A stretch of 64,000 nt of DNA from NCBI GenBank assembly GCA_050952625.1, contig JBMNLH010000001.1, forward strand, positions 1,536,001 to 1,600,000. The letters are read 5' to 3'. The translations under genes and the position numbers were made by a program. The notes beneath the pieces were generated by a model. It did no database searches. It saw only the letters and a program-made list of their open reading frames with translations, and had not been told where the DNA came from. Source of the DNA: Bacillota bacterium. Lineage in GTDB: Bacteria > Bacillota > Ch66 > Ch109. This document shows, piece after piece, positions 38,411-48,128 of this stretch. How positions within the stretch are numbered: the first letter of the stretch is position 1; every line of letters begins with the position of its first letter.

Positions 38411-39703
38411 GTGTTTTTATTCTCAAAAAATAAAAATATAAAATTTCACGCTAAACCCAATACTTACATGGAAGGCAGCATCAATGGGCAAGGTGACGTA
38501 AGGATCGAAGGGAGTATTTTGGGTAATATCCATGTCAATGGTGTTGTAATTATTGAGAAAAACGGAAATGTAAAAGGGAATGTGATTGCCGACAATGTTA
38601 AGATTCACGGTCAGGTAGAAGGTAATATAATAACCAGTGACTGTCTAATGCTTTTTGCGACTGGACGGTTTTATGGTGATGCTAGGGTCAAAGACTTTAA
38701 GTCGGACCCAGGAGCTGTGTTCGTAGGAAACTGCATCATTGTAGAGGATAATTCTGCCGGAGAGTATGATTTCGTTTCAACTACAATAAGTATGCCCGAA
38801 GTAACTTGTGAAGAAATAGATGAAAAACCGATAAATGAACTGATAAATGAAAAACCGATGGATGAACCTATAGATGAAAATAACGCAGTTGTTATCAGTC
38901 TTGAAGAACAGGATATTTACGATAAGAAGGATGATCAGGATAGTACAACTGGGGAGCTAGAAGTTCTTAAGGTTTTAGAATCAGATAAGATCAGTTCTAT
39001 TACCACGGAGGCGTCTGCCGCCGATTTGATCTGCGCGATTAAAGAGGAAACGCTAGAAAACGAAAACGATATTCTCTTCGACAATCATGTCAAAGAATAT
39101 ATTGCTGAGGATAATAATAATCCTAAAAACCCAGAGGTTCTCAAGGTTATAGAATATGATAAGGCTGATTATATTGCCACAGAGTCGGCTGCCCCAGACT
39201 TAGTCCGCGAGATTAAAGAAGAAATGCCTGTAAGAGAAGAAATACCGGTGCCTGTAAGCGAAAACGACATTATCCTGGACAATCTTACCGAGGAAGATGT
39301 TACTGAGAAAGATATTGCCGAGAACGATGTTACCGAGGAAGATGTTGCCGAGGAGAATGATAATCTTAAAAGTGTTGAGGTTGTCGAAGCAGAAATGCCT
39401 GAGGTAAGTCAAGATACGGCTGACAAGCTGGTTCTTCCTCTGAACGGTGAAACATTAGATGAAACAATAGGAGAAACAGTTGATGAAACATTAAAGTTCA
39501 ATCACGAAGAAGATCTCATGGATAAAATAGTAAATACTCAGGTCGATTCGATCAAGCCTGAGGAAAAGATTATCGATATACCTGAAGATAAGTCTATCGA
39601 TATACCTGAGGATAAAACTATCAATATAAATAATATTGCTATCGATGATCATGTATCAACAGTCAAGGAGCAAAAAAAATTTACCATCAAAAGATTTGTT
39701 TAA
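38411..39703 (+). CDS. Bactofilin (polymer-forming cytoskeletal) domain with long acidic tail
   Basis: EGSI...VRIEGSILGNI...NGNVKGNVIADNVKIHGQVEGNI...GAVFVGNC beta-helix; MFLFSK N-terminus; ~320-aa D/E-rich tail. Confidence 0.88.
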   Translation: MFLFSKNKNIKFHAKPNTYMEGSINGQGDVRIEGSILGNIHVNGVVIIEKNGNVKGNVIADNVKIHGQVEGNIITSDCLMLFATGRFYGDARVKDFKSDPGAVFVGNCIIVEDNSAGEYDFVSTTISMPEVTCEEIDEKPINELINEKPMDEPIDENNAVVISLEEQDIYDKKDDQDSTTGELEVLKVLESDKISSITTEASAADLICAIKEETLENENDILFDNHVKEYIAEDNNNPKNPEVLKVIEYDKADYIATESAAPDLVREIKEEMPVREEIPVPVSENDIILDNLTEEDVTEKDIAENDVTEEDVAEENDNLKSVEVVEAEMPEVSQDTADKLVLPLNGETLDETIGETVDETLKFNHEEDLMDKIVNTQVDSIKPEEKIIDIPEDKSIDIPEDKTININNIAIDDHVSTVKEQKKFTIKRFV

Positions 39704-39779
39704 ACACTTGCCGACCGCGACAATTTGGGTATTTGATCCTTAGTTTTCAAGATTATAACCCAATCCTTGCCAGGTTATT

Positions 39780-40030
39780 TCAGTGTTTCAAAATTTGAAG
39801 ATGATCTAGCGGCCAATAAATGCAAAAGGCTTTTCCAATAAGATGGTCACGAGTCAACCAGGCTTCCCAAGGATGACTGTCATAACTATTATTGCGATTA
39901 TCACCCATAACAAAATAGCTATTAGGCGGAACCACGACAGGACCGAATTGATAATTCATGCTTGCACTCAGATAAGGTTCTTGCTGAACCTGATCATTTA
40001 TATACAGTTGGCGATTTTTAATTACCGGGT
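39780..40030 (-). pseudogene. Signal peptidase I C-terminal fragment
   Basis: LYIND..QEPY, YFVMGDNRNNSYDS, IGKAF..YWP; the catalytic Ser/Lys region is absent. Confidence 0.8.
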
Positions 40031-40509
40031 CTATGATCACATTTCTCATGGGAATTTGAAAACCAAACATATCCGGTTCTTGGTCCTTGATGAGGCCGAT
40101 CGGATGTTGGACATGGGCTTTTTGGGTCAAGTAGTGCGAATTATCAAAACCCTCCCCAGAAACAGGGTGACCCTGCTTTTCAGCCACCATCCCCCCCGAA
40201 GTCCGTAAAATCTGCCGGGATTATATGAAAAATCCGGTAACCATTGAGATTGAATCGCCGACCAAGACCGTGGATACCACGCAACAGGTATACTATCGGG
40301 TAAATAAAAACGAAAAGATCACCCAATTGAACCGACTGCTGCTGGTTGAACAGCCGGAAAGCTGTGTGATCTTCTGTAACCAACGTAATACCGTTGATAA
40401 GGTGCAGAGTTTCTTGAATCGCAAGGGGTATGCTTCTCAGACAATGCACGGTGATATCCCCCAGGTTAAACGGATGAAGACGATCCAGCAGACCGGAAAC
40501 ACCGGTTAG
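40025..40509 (+). pseudogene. Internal fragment of a DEAD-box RNA helicase (DbpA-like), frameshifted
   Basis: RVYDHI, LVLDEADRMLDMGF, TLLFS then a frameshift, VIFCN, HGDIPQ; both termini missing. Confidence 0.85.
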
Positions 40510-40510
40510 A

Positions 40511-40756
40511 CTACCGCTCATGAATGTCCATCCTCTCCCAAGAAATCACACCCTGGGTTCCCAAATCCAGGGACTCCTCTAATACCGCTAAATGACGGGT
40601 GCGGGCTTTTTGATAAGCTTCCTCCTTTTGGAGCAAATCCTCTAAAACTTTAGCTAAAACGGCAGAAACAGAAGTGTTTTGCTCTATAGCTACGTGTTTC
40701 ACTCGGCGAAGAGTAGTATCCTTGGGCAAAGAAAGGGTAATGTTTTGGTATTCCAC
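40511..40756 (-). CDS. Ribbon-helix-helix antitoxin-like protein (orphan)
   Basis: QNITLSLP...NTSVS...C-terminal W.R..IHER is typical of antitoxins that precede PIN toxins. Confidence 0.7.
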   Translation of the reverse strand: MEYQNITLSLPKDTTLRRVKHVAIEQNTSVSAVLAKVLEDLLQKEEAYQKARTRHLAVLEESLDLGTQGVISWERMDIHER

Positions 40757-40887
40757 CTAAATCACCTCCACCAATTCAATGTAGCACGTATTTCGGTGAA
40801 GGGCCAGTTGGAAACCAGCCTTTGACCTCATTGCTTGGCGGCGTTATAATATTCCTAGATATTATTATTTGTAAAGGAAGATTAACG

Positions 40888-41133
40888 ATGAAATCTACCG
40901 TTACTATTTCCAGTAAGAGGCAAATAACAATACCCGCTGATTTATTCAGATTGTTAAAACTACAACAAGGACAAAAACTAATTGTTGAAGTAAATGAAGG
41001 CCGATTGATTATTTCACCTCGGCCAGAAAGCTTGACAAAAGAATTACGCGGCCTTACCAGAGGCTTATATGGAAAAAACGCTAGCGAAATTGACGATTAC
41101 GTTAAAAAGGAACGAGATGAATGGCACAATTAG
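40888..41133 (+). CDS. AbrB/MazE-type antitoxin
   Basis: TISSKRQITIP, YVKKERDEW; overlaps the PIN gene. Confidence 0.85.
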   Translation: MKSTVTISSKRQITIPADLFRLLKLQQGQKLIVEVNEGRLIISPRPESLTKELRGLTRGLYGKNASEIDDYVKKERDEWHN

Positions 41134-41594
41134 AATCATTGATGAAACAAATCACCCAGTACAAAAATCTATTTCTGGATACTAATGCCATCATCTATTT
41201 TTTAGACGATGTGCCCGGTTATGCAGATTTGATGGAACTAATTCTAAACTTGGCCGAACAAGGCCAAATGAGCATTAATCTATCCGTGATCTCCGAAGCC
41301 GAACTCCTGGTTAAACCTTATCGCGAAGGTCTTCTGGAAACCGTCAAGGCCATAAAGTTCTGGATTGAAGAATTTCCGAATCTACAAGTTATTCCGGTCT
41401 CTCGAGAAATTGCGCACAAAGCAGCGGATCTGCGTGGCAAACTGAGATTAAGGCCACCAGATGCATTAGTATTGGCTACGGCAATTAATAGCAATAGTGA
41501 GGTTATTGTCGGTAACGATTTCGAAATGCTACGAAAAGCCGCTGCATACCTGCCAGGGATTATTTTACAGAATTACGTTCCTAATGCCCAATAA
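41121..41594 (+). CDS. PIN-domain (VapC-like) toxin
   Basis: FLDTNAIIY, SEAELL, PDALVLATA, GND. Confidence 0.88.
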   Translation: MAQLESLMKQITQYKNLFLDTNAIIYFLDDVPGYADLMELILNLAEQGQMSINLSVISEAELLVKPYREGLLETVKAIKFWIEEFPNLQVIPVSREIAHKAADLRGKLRLRPPDALVLATAINSNSEVIVGNDFEMLRKAAAYLPGIILQNYVPNAQ

Positions 41595-41695
41595 AACAAA
41601 GACTTCACTTTTATTGGAATAATTATTATACAATGCCACCGGTAACTACAGGCTTTTATGGTGGTATCAAGTAAGACCTCTGGAGGGTTTATCTT

Positions 41696-42208
41696 ATGGA
41701 TCAACCGGTACCGGATTATTTGCGCCAAGATTTAAAGATCGTCTTTGTTGGTTATAATCCCAGTCTAATTTCCGGTGAAACCGGACATCACTTCGCCAAC
41801 GCCACCAACCGATTTTGGAAAGTGCTTTTTCTGGCTGGTCTTACGCCCCGAGTGTATCAACCTCATGAAGATGGCTGCCTGTTGGAACTTGGTTATGGCC
41901 TGACGAATATTGTTGCCCGTCCTACCCGGTCGGCGGCTGAAATCACCTGTCAAGAATACCGCGAGGGACAAATACAGCTTCAAAATAAGCTAAGCTATTA
42001 TCGACCCAGAATTGTTTGCTTCGTCGGCAAAGGTGTTTACCTGGAGTACAGCGGGTTGCGGAAGGCAGAATGGGGAATCCAAGACAAACAAATAGTCGAA
42101 GGAGTAACAGATTTTGTAGCTCCTTCGACCAGCGGCCTGGTCCGCATGAGGCTGGAAGAATTGGTTGAAATATATGGATTGTTGGCAGAGATATCCCGAA
42201 AAGATTAA
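41696..42208 (+). CDS. mug: Mismatch-specific DNA glycosylase (Mug/TDG family)
   Basis: FVGYNPS, HHFAN..NRFW, GLTNIVARPT, PSTSG. Confidence 0.88.
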   Translation: MDQPVPDYLRQDLKIVFVGYNPSLISGETGHHFANATNRFWKVLFLAGLTPRVYQPHEDGCLLELGYGLTNIVARPTRSAAEITCQEYREGQIQLQNKLSYYRPRIVCFVGKGVYLEYSGLRKAEWGIQDKQIVEGVTDFVAPSTSGLVRMRLEELVEIYGLLAEISRKD

Positions 42209-42239
42209 TTGGCCGGGGGACGGACAGAGGTGTGAACAC

Positions 42240-42465
42240 TTCCTGTCACGTCACTGGTTATAATCACGACCTTTTCGCCGGGTTTGACAATTACCCGCAG
42301 CCGGGGCGTGCCGATAGGATGTTCCACTGCGTAAACCACTTCTGCCACTTCCGCCACTTCCGGCCGTCCGGGCAGCATCGGATTTACGCTTAATACTTTG
42401 AGCAAATTATTATCGTTTATCGCAAACTCCTAGCAATCACGCCCATAGCCGAACTTCACCTGCAT
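42240..42465 (-). pseudogene. LarA (nickel lactate racemase family) N-terminal remnant
   Basis: MQVKFGYG then an in-frame TAG; HPIGTPRL..IVKPGEKVVIITSDVT; truncated. Confidence 0.7.
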
Positions 42466-42482
42466 GGTAAATGCCTTGGTGT

Positions 42483-42647
42483 TCACTTGCCCTTTTTTTT
42501 ATAAGCCACAGTGCAGATTAAGGCCATGAGCATTAGGATAACCGTCGGCCCAGGGTTGCCTCCGGTAGTAACGCCACGAGCAGCGAACCCGAGTGAGGCA
42601 GCAGCAAAGATCAGTGCTAGTATTCTCAGGACATTTCTATTAAACAT
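42483..42647 (-). CDS. Small two-TM membrane protein
   Basis: AGGGGG RBS; two hydrophobic helices and a KKKGK tail. Confidence 0.55.
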   Translation of the reverse strand: MFNRNVLRILALIFAAASLGFAARGVTTGGNPGPTVILMLMALICTVAYKKKGK

Positions 42648-42786
42648 TTTGAAACCCCCTCTGAACCTCCCCATGGCTAAAGTTATCTATACTCTTAACG
42701 AGAGAGCCTGTTAAAATAAGGCTCTCTCATTCTTTATATATTCACAACGTATATTTTGTTTCCTTATAAGAGGCAACAACTCAATC

Positions 42787-43176
42787 TTACTCCAGCGATT
42801 CGTAAAGTTTTCCCCGCAGTATTTTCAGTTCCTCTTTCAACCGCTTGTTTTCGGCCTCCAGTTCCTTGATTCGCTTGTTTTTCGCGGCAATAATGATGTC
42901 CTTGCTGGCATCGGTCATTTCCCGTTTTATCTGCTTCGGAGAAGGAGCGGCCGCCTGCTGCTTACGGAGGTTCTCGATGCGCTCCTTGAGCTCCTGGTGG
43001 GTGTAAAGATAGGACTTGCTCACCCCAGCCTTCAGAGAAACACTGTTGAAGTTGATTTTCTCCCCGGCTTTAATCAGCTTTTGGATTGCCTCGTCAACCT
43101 TTTTTACGGTTTCCTCGCTCTTACGCCTGGCGTGTTTTTTTATTCCTTCCGTGTTACGCTGGTGTTTGACGGACAT
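42787..43176 (-). CDS. TnpC-like (DUF6262) protein
   Basis: INFNSVS..AGVSKSYLY HTH plus C-terminal coiled coil. Confidence 0.85.
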   Translation of the reverse strand: MSVKHQRNTEGIKKHARRKSEETVKKVDEAIQKLIKAGEKINFNSVSLKAGVSKSYLYTHQELKERIENLRKQQAAAPSPKQIKREMTDASKDIIIAAKNKRIKELEAENKRLKEELKILRGKLYESLE

Positions 43177-45121
43177 TTAAACGTTCCTCCCCCACGTACT
43201 CCCGTCCCTTCTTGCCTGCCAGGTGACGGGTATGGCCATCTTTTAGAACGGCCAGAATCGCTTCGTAACGTTCCAGAAGGGCCTCGTTTTTCTCTACCCA
43301 GATGGTCCGGCCCTGGGCTTTGCCGCGCTCGATGACAGCCTTTACCTCCCTGATTTCCGCCTCAAACTGCGGGATAAAATCAGGGGTGGTGCACAAATTG
43401 CGGCAGGTCAGGCAGGGGTTCAACTGGTGCTTGCACTCCACTTTATTGGGCTTGAGGCAATAACCCAAAGGCGTCCTCACGGCGTCCAGGTTATAGCGGA
43501 TATACTCCCATTCAATTAGGTTTTCGTTCTCGATTTCGGAAGGGGCAATCTTCACAGGCTTACCCGTGGGGTCAATCCGGAAAAGGCCGTTCTTAGTAGC
43601 TTCCTTCCAAGACTTCCGCATGGTGGTATCGAGAATCTTGGCGTAGCGCAGGGTCATTTCCGGGGAAGCGTGAGCCATCCACTTTTGGACATGAAGAATA
43701 TTCATCCCGTTGTTAATTAATTCAACGCCTTTGGTGTGGCGAAAAGCGTGGTTGCGAAAATGGAATAACCGACCCTGATCGTCTACGATGTTGCATTTCT
43801 TGGCCAAGCGGTTGAGAGCTTCTCTAATTACCGCCCCTTCTGGTGGCCGGCCCTTGCGTTTTCCATTCAGACGGACAAACAGTAATTTATTAGGGTTGTT
43901 TTCCGGCGTGCTTTTTTCTTTCACATCATCAACTACGGCTTGAACTACCGCAGCCACCTCATCGGTAATAGGGACACGGTGATTTAATACTTGGGTTTTA
44001 AGAATATCGCCACAGAGCCACCAACCCTGAGCAGTACGATCCAGACATTTATCATAACGTAGATTCAGGATGTCAGATATGCGCCAACCTGTAGCACGGA
44101 GCAAAATAACGACGGGGATATACTCCGGTGGTGCCAACTGTTCTAAATTATCTTCTAATTGTTTCAGGACCCCTTCAGAAATAAATTTAATATCTTCTTC
44201 TGACCGCTTGGCTAACTTTGGAAAATCTTCCTTGAACAACAGTGAAGAGTGTGGTTTTTCTGGCGCCTCAGGATACTCGGCCCGCTGGATATGATCAAAA
44301 AAAACCCGCAGGCTAATTAGGCATTCACGATGTTGTTTTTGCCAGTCTTTTGTGTATGACCGGTACCACACTAAGTAATTCTCTATATCCTTTCGGGATA
44401 AACTCTTTAGATCTTGCCAATGAGGATATTGCTCATGAATAAAACGCAGGAACAAACGTATGGCCATTAAATCTGTTGCACATTGGGCATATGACCGGAC
44501 ACCTACACGCGCCTTTAGGTACCTTTTAGCCAGAGTTCGGAAGGGAATGGGAATGTTTTCGAAAGAAAGAAGGTAATCGGCCCTATTTTGAGTATATTTC
44601 GCTCCCGATATTTTTCGCATATCCCAAACGTCTTTTACAAATTCTTCCCGGTCGTCGTAGAAGTTGACTATAAACTCATATACCTGTCGTACTAAAGTTT
44701 CATAAGTATGACTGGACAAACGGCTTTTATTAACTGAAAATCCTTGGTCAATCAGATAAGAACGCCACCTAATCATAGCCTTTTCTCTTTCTAGCTCTGC
44801 AAAACTTCTGATCCCGGGGTAAGCTTGTACTAGAAAAGTGGCTAGGCGGTTAAGATGACTTCCATAGCTAGTAGCTGTTTGTAGCTGTAGGGTATGTTCT
44901 TGAAGGCGGCGAACTAAAAAAAACTTAATTTCCTCCTTGATACCTGGTTGTAAACGGGAAAAGTCAATAGTTTTACTGGTTGATGTCGATTTTTTAGTCC
45001 GAAACTCATCAAAAATGTGGTCGGTAATATCCCATTGATCATTTTCCCAGTAACCTTTTAGGGTTTCCTTAATCTCCTGCCATTTTGCCGGTGTCGGGAC
45101 CGTTCTGTAAACTGTGATCAC
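43154..45121 (-). CDS. Tyrosine recombinase, Tn554 TnpB-like
   Basis: TGWRISD, HAFRHT, MAHASPEMTLRY; C-terminal GYC...C...CLTCRNLC. Confidence 0.92.
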   Translation of the reverse strand: MITVYRTVPTPAKWQEIKETLKGYWENDQWDITDHIFDEFRTKKSTSTSKTIDFSRLQPGIKEEIKFFLVRRLQEHTLQLQTATSYGSHLNRLATFLVQAYPGIRSFAELEREKAMIRWRSYLIDQGFSVNKSRLSSHTYETLVRQVYEFIVNFYDDREEFVKDVWDMRKISGAKYTQNRADYLLSFENIPIPFRTLAKRYLKARVGVRSYAQCATDLMAIRLFLRFIHEQYPHWQDLKSLSRKDIENYLVWYRSYTKDWQKQHRECLISLRVFFDHIQRAEYPEAPEKPHSSLLFKEDFPKLAKRSEEDIKFISEGVLKQLEDNLEQLAPPEYIPVVILLRATGWRISDILNLRYDKCLDRTAQGWWLCGDILKTQVLNHRVPITDEVAAVVQAVVDDVKEKSTPENNPNKLLFVRLNGKRKGRPPEGAVIREALNRLAKKCNIVDDQGRLFHFRNHAFRHTKGVELINNGMNILHVQKWMAHASPEMTLRYAKILDTTMRKSWKEATKNGLFRIDPTGKPVKIAPSEIENENLIEWEYIRYNLDAVRTPLGYCLKPNKVECKHQLNPCLTCRNLCTTPDFIPQFEAEIREVKAVIERGKAQGRTIWVEKNEALLERYEAILAVLKDGHTRHLAGKKGREYVGEERLNVRQTPA

Positions 45122-46248
45122 TGTTCAGAGCCCTCCTTTTGCTGCCGTTTAAAGCGCATTTTTTCCTCTGCCTTCTCCCAGTCCTGGCGCAGGTCTTCGT
45201 CACTCGGGTGCAGGTAAATTTGCATGGTGGTCTGAACATGGGCATGTCCAGCACGTTTTTGCAAGTGTTCCGTTTTCCAACCGGCCCGGCGCAGTTCGGT
45301 TAAGGAACTATGTCGGAGTACATGGGGGCTGACGTTTATCCCTGTTTTGGCCTTTAGCCTGCGGAAAAGAGAAGCAACATCCTGGTATTCCATGGGCCAG
45401 TGCTTGTTTTCCCCAGACAGCTTGATAAAAACATGGTTTGTATCCACTTCATCTGTGTGGTATTCGGCCACGTAATCGAAAAACAGGTTGATTAAATCCG
45501 GGGAAACGTCCACCGTCCGGGGGCTACAGATGGTCTTGATCTCAGCAAGATTAGGGAGTTCGCCCCTGTCTCGGATATGTATTTTTCGGGCATCGGGCTC
45601 AAAGTCTTCCAGCCACAGGGCCAGGGCCTCACCAATGCGCATGGAGCTTTCCCACAAAAGCTGGATTAAAAATTTATCCCGTAAGTTTGAGCAGGCGTCA
45701 ATTAATTTGCCCACCTGCTCTTTGGAAATGGTCTTGGGCCGGGAACGGCGAACCTTAATTTTTAAAATCTTGCCCGGGTACTCCTTGTCCTTGTTGATGT
45801 GGTAGAGGAAGTCCTTAAAGCCTCGTCTGTTCCCAGGGATGGTCTTTTTTAGCCTCTCAGAAAGCTGTACGCTGTAGTCTTCGTGCCGCATGAGGTAGTC
45901 GTAGAAATTGAGGACCGTGGAAATTACGGTGTTCACGGTGGCCGGCCCGCGGGGAGACGTTACGGGTGTCGCCGGGATTACTTTCAGGTTCCCGTAGGGA
46001 TTTTGGAGCCAGCGCATGAAGGCGGCCATTTCGTCGATGCTGATTTTACGGTAATCCAGCCCCTCCTGCTCAAGGAATTCGAAAAAGAGTTTCAAATGCT
46101 GGCAATAGGCGCGGAGGCTGTTCCGGGCAGCCCCACTGTTATCCTTAAACTTGACGAACTGCACAACAGGAAGGACGGGTTCACTATTTGAGTCAACTAA
46201 CATATATCGAGTTTTTCCTTCGGAAGTTGTGATCGTTTCCACCCTCAT
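45118..46248 (-). CDS. Tyrosine recombinase, Tn554 TnpA-like
   Basis: SMRIGE, PHVLRHS, GHAHVQTTMQIY. Confidence 0.92.
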   Translation of the reverse strand: MRVETITTSEGKTRYMLVDSNSEPVLPVVQFVKFKDNSGAARNSLRAYCQHLKLFFEFLEQEGLDYRKISIDEMAAFMRWLQNPYGNLKVIPATPVTSPRGPATVNTVISTVLNFYDYLMRHEDYSVQLSERLKKTIPGNRRGFKDFLYHINKDKEYPGKILKIKVRRSRPKTISKEQVGKLIDACSNLRDKFLIQLLWESSMRIGEALALWLEDFEPDARKIHIRDRGELPNLAEIKTICSPRTVDVSPDLINLFFDYVAEYHTDEVDTNHVFIKLSGENKHWPMEYQDVASLFRRLKAKTGINVSPHVLRHSSLTELRRAGWKTEHLQKRAGHAHVQTTMQIYLHPSDEDLRQDWEKAEEKMRFKRQQKEGSEQ

Positions 46249-46674
46249 TGGGGAATACCACCATCCAAAGCAATGTTTTCTATATTATACTACCAGTACT
46301 ATATTAACAAAATATATTTAAATAGTTTTTTAGGAAGAAAAATAGGGATAAACCCTTTCGTAGAATACCATAAGGTCTATCCCTTGCCTTAGTGCATTTA
46401 ACTAAAGCCAGGGGGTTCTAAGACCCCGTGTTGGCTACCATGAGTATTTCCATGTCTGCGTTCCTCTCTCAGCCGGCGAACCTGGGCTGAGCCTTAGAAT
46501 CTCGCTTCATCCAGAAAACTTCTTGCGAACGACCAGCTCTGTCCTTACCTTTTGGTCGAAGGAGCCCTCCAGGTTTCCCTTTCGGTTCTCGCTGGTTCGG
46601 CATCGGGCCACCCGCGTTCGCCAGGACGGTTCCGCCCTGCCCGGTTTGGGTCGGTATAGCCCAGGGTTTGAGCT

Positions 46675-48123
46675 TTATATCCCCATGCTGGTGGGTTTAT
46701 AGTAGTTGGCCGCTTTAAGGTTTTTGATCGTTTGCGTTAACATCGGTTCGTATTTCGGCCAGTCGGTTTGGGCTTTTTTCAAATCAACCTGCCATTTCCC
46801 GGTTTTATCTTGATCCACATACCGGGCTAGATAGGCGGAATAAAGGTCTCTTTGCGCTTTAACGCCACATTCACATTGGTGCCATCGTTTAGCCAGGGTT
46901 TTCTTTTCTTTTTTCCCGCATTGACAGGTTTGGGATAGGCTGGTTGGGCCAGCGGGGAATTCTATTACTTCTCCAGTCCGTTCAGTCTTTTGCTTTAACC
47001 GGGCGACGAATGTCCCCGGCCCTCGAAAGTTAACTGTTTTGCCAAAGTTTTTCTGGAATGACTTGTATGATAGAGCTTCCAGATAAATTCGGTTACCAGT
47101 TCGCAAGATTTCGTTAATCATCTTTCCATGCAGGGATTTTCGATATTCGGCTTGTTTGCGGTGAATTTCCGCGTGCTGGTTTTGAGTTTTTAAGTAGCGT
47201 TTGGATTTACGCCATTTCAGGTGGCCTTTTTTGATTGTCCCGTCTGGGTTATAGTTGTCCGGGTTATTCGCCCTTCTTTGCCGGTCCAGTTTGCGTTGCA
47301 GTTGTTTGATTTCTTTTTGCTGGCTTTCCAGCTCTGGGCAGAAGGGGCTTAAATTGGCTTCTGTTTCGCTTATCCTGGCAATAGTGGAAGGTCCGATGTC
47401 TAACCCCACAATCCCTTCTCGAATCTGATTTTGGGGTTTCTGATAAGGGGTGCCTTCACAGATTAGTTGGACGAAAAACCGAATTTTGCCGCCGATGATT
47501 CGTTTAACTATTCGAACGTATTTTACTCGACTATCTAGACCATGTTTTATTACCGGGTCATTAGAGTTAATTAGCGGCTTAAGCTCTAATCCATTCCATA
47601 TCACCCGATTATTTCGCCAGCGGATACCGGTTGAATTTGATTTGCCTTCAATACTGTTCAATTCTCCGTAGCGTTTAAATCTAACTCGCTCCGCTTCACC
47701 AGTTAGAGTTTTTTCGACTGCTTGATAAGCTCGGGAGGCTATCTTTTGAGCAGCTTGCGAATCCAGGTGTTCACCAATCCAGGAATTCCGAATTCGAGTG
47801 GCGTATCCGTGAAGGGCGTATTCAGAAAATCTGTATTTTTTTCTGGCTTCTTTAAAAACAGCTGACCGGGCGGCTTTTTCTGATTCGGTGTTACCAGGCA
47901 TAGTTTTGGCCTGACGATATAGTCTGGATCTAATCATCTGTTCTTTTCTTTTTAAGGCTTCCCCTAAACAGGCATTGTATAGTTGTCGGCCAGCTTCCAT
48001 TCGGGATAATATTGTCTTTTTCTGATGGGTATTTACTACTAAAGGCATTTCAATAATGAATGAAGGAGTTTTTGACTTGCCTGTTTTTTGTTTGCGTTTC
48101 TTGGCAATCAGGATCACCTCCAA
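46675..48123 (-). CDS. tnpB: RNA-guided endonuclease TnpB
   Basis: RuvC-I VGLDIG, RuvC-II YLEAL, zinc finger SQTCQCG...CECG, RuvC-III QRDLYSA. Confidence 0.9.
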   Translation of the reverse strand: MEVILIAKKRKQKTGKSKTPSFIIEMPLVVNTHQKKTILSRMEAGRQLYNACLGEALKRKEQMIRSRLYRQAKTMPGNTESEKAARSAVFKEARKKYRFSEYALHGYATRIRNSWIGEHLDSQAAQKIASRAYQAVEKTLTGEAERVRFKRYGELNSIEGKSNSTGIRWRNNRVIWNGLELKPLINSNDPVIKHGLDSRVKYVRIVKRIIGGKIRFFVQLICEGTPYQKPQNQIREGIVGLDIGPSTIARISETEANLSPFCPELESQQKEIKQLQRKLDRQRRANNPDNYNPDGTIKKGHLKWRKSKRYLKTQNQHAEIHRKQAEYRKSLHGKMINEILRTGNRIYLEALSYKSFQKNFGKTVNFRGPGTFVARLKQKTERTGEVIEFPAGPTSLSQTCQCGKKEKKTLAKRWHQCECGVKAQRDLYSAYLARYVDQDKTGKWQVDLKKAQTDWPKYEPMLTQTIKNLKAANYYKPTSMGI

Positions 48124-48128
48124 ACTGA

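Larger units (their letters stand above)
42740..46401 (-). mobile_element. Tn554-like three-gene tyrosine-recombinase element (ends approximate)
   Basis: Overlapping 376/655/129-aa genes match the Tn554 tnpA/tnpB/tnpC layout. Confidence 0.85.

Noticed and set aside
39780-40521. ORFs 39780-40190, 39843-40208 and 40180-40521 as real genes
   Set aside because: They are chimeras of a signal-peptidase stub and sense or antisense dbpA fragments
42430-42432. In-frame TAG in the LarA-like remnant as pyrrolysine readthrough
   Set aside because: The gene is also truncated after ~75 codons and no pyl genes are in the window
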